From contig JACPES010000003.1 of NCBI GenBank assembly GCA_016183365.1, positions 13,726 through 77,725 on the forward strand: a DNA stretch of 64,000 nt, given 5' to 3'. A program made the position numbers and the translations under genes. Positions 63,001 through 64,000 of the stretch are shown here, in pieces. This DNA comes from Candidatus Collierbacteria bacterium. Lineage in GTDB: Bacteria > Patescibacteriota > Microgenomatia > UBA1400 > JACPES01. The notes beneath the pieces were generated by a model that worked only from the letters and a program-made list of their open reading frames with translations, searched no databases and had not been told where the DNA came from. Each line of letters begins with the position of its first letter. The stretch's first letter is position 1.

Positions 63001-64000
63001 AATGTCAAGAAAACCCGAAGGAGCTGGTTGGTTGAGAATGATAAGAGAGGTGGATGTCATGCATAAAAATGTGCTGGTCCGGTTGGATTTGGATGTGCCG
63101 TTAGAAAAACCAAAAATCAAAAATCAAAAATCAAAAATAACGGATGAGTCAAGACTAATAAATTCTTTGCAAACGATTCAGTATTTGGTTGATAGACAGG
63201 CAAAAATAACCATAATTGGACATTTGGGAAGGCCTCATGGCAAGAGGGTAGAAAGGTTAAGCTTACAGCCGGTAACTGACTGGTTTGAGATTAAGTTCCC
63301 CGGAGCGGGGATTAAGGTGGAAGAGAATTTGCGGTTTGATCCGAGAGAAGAAGCAAACTCCCCTACTTTTGCCCAAAATATTGTGCGACGTTTATCTCCG
63401 GACGTTTATGTCTTTGATGCTTTCGGATCTTACCGGCCCCACGCTTCGGTGATTTCAGTGCCTAAATTGGTGCCTACAGTGGCAATTGGATTTAGATTCG
63501 CGGCCGAAATATCGCATTTATCTAAAGTCCTGGAAAATCCGAAGAAACCGGTAATATTTATCATAGGCGGAGTCAAAGCTGATACTAAGATAAGCCTAAT
63601 TCCGAAGCTGGCGGAACGGGCCGATGAGGTGTTGGCAGGAGGGTTACTGGTAAGAAGAGTACAAGAAAGTATAAAAAAGTACAAGAAAGCCCAAGAAGGC
63701 TACGATTCTAAATTGCAAATTGCCGAATTGAGACCGGATGGGCTGGATATTACGGAAGAATCGGCCAGAATGTTTGCCGATAAAATTTTGTCAGCCGGAA
63801 CTGTGGTCTGGAATGGGCCGATGGGCAAGTTCGAGGACGGCAAACATTCAGTTGGGACAGAGATTATTGCTAGGGCGGTGAATGAAACCAAAGCTTATAC
63901 CGTGGTTGGCGGCGGAGACACAGAGACAGCCTTGACGGAGCTTGGATTGGAAAACGGGATCGATTGGATCTCCAGTGGCGGCGGGGCGATGCTTTATTAT
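63001..64000 (+). CDS. pgk: Phosphoglycerate kinase, 3' end beyond the window
   Basis: VLVRLDLDVPL, RFDPREEAN and the C-terminal AYTVVGGGDTETALTELG...ISSGGGAMLYY segment. An in-frame AAAAATC x4 repeat encodes KIKNQKSKI. The likely start is the internal MIREVD. Confidence 0.85.

Overview
This 64-kb window looks like a small-genome, Patescibacteria/CPR-like bacterium (inferred from its gene content and its small-gene, repeat-rich layout); all analysis is from reading the sequence, with no searches run. It carries a chromosomal replication-origin neighbourhood, a Gram-positive-style type IV secretion (T4SS)-like locus, an unusually dense set of toxin-antitoxin modules, and several families of repeats.

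- **Origin region (37-42 kb):** dnaN and dnaA lie on the minus strand with a DnaA-box cluster (TTATCCACA-type) between them. Opposite them run rpmH, rnpA, yidD, yidC and jag.
- **T4SS-like locus, two blocks around a ~14-kb insert:** block 1 (4.5-14 kb) has eight tandem VirB2/TrbC-like pilin paralogs, a 954-aa secreted protein and a VirB6-like polytopic protein. Block 2 (28-37 kb) has a 1200-aa M23-peptidase plus phosphodiester-glycosidase cell-wall hydrolase, a bitopic protein, a PrgI/VirB3-like protein, a VirB4-N-terminal-like protein and a VirB4 ATPase. No coupling protein or relaxase is present in the window.
- **The insert (14-28 kb):** a four-gene unknown operon, a Pro/Ala/Glu-rich three-gene operon, HicAB modules, an AbiE pair, an NYN gene, membrane PH-domain proteins and a 'four-helix-bundle' gene.
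- **Toxin decay:** several toxin genes are disrupted (two hicA frameshifts, abiEii frameshift plus truncation, a vapC remnant, an NYN in-frame TGA) while their antitoxins are intact. One HicAB pair and a Doc/AbrB pair look complete.
- **Housekeeping genes:** uppS, rplY, a HIT protein, a tsaC-tsaE fusion, tsaD, valS, a VanW protein, a solute-binding protein, two YidC-like proteins, groES/groEL, pgk, an M23 peptidase, RNase H and a SpoIID/LytB protein.
- **Disrupted essential genes:** rnpA is frameshifted at a heptanucleotide microsatellite, and cmk is truncated and frameshifted.
- **Repeats:** heptanucleotide tandem repeats are everywhere, including in-frame inside essential genes. Other repeat families are a ~140-nt palindromic element (2 copies inside the T4SS locus), an ~80-nt hairpin element (3 copies), a ~65-nt hicB-leader element, and a 47-nt shared 5' leader on two minus-strand genes.
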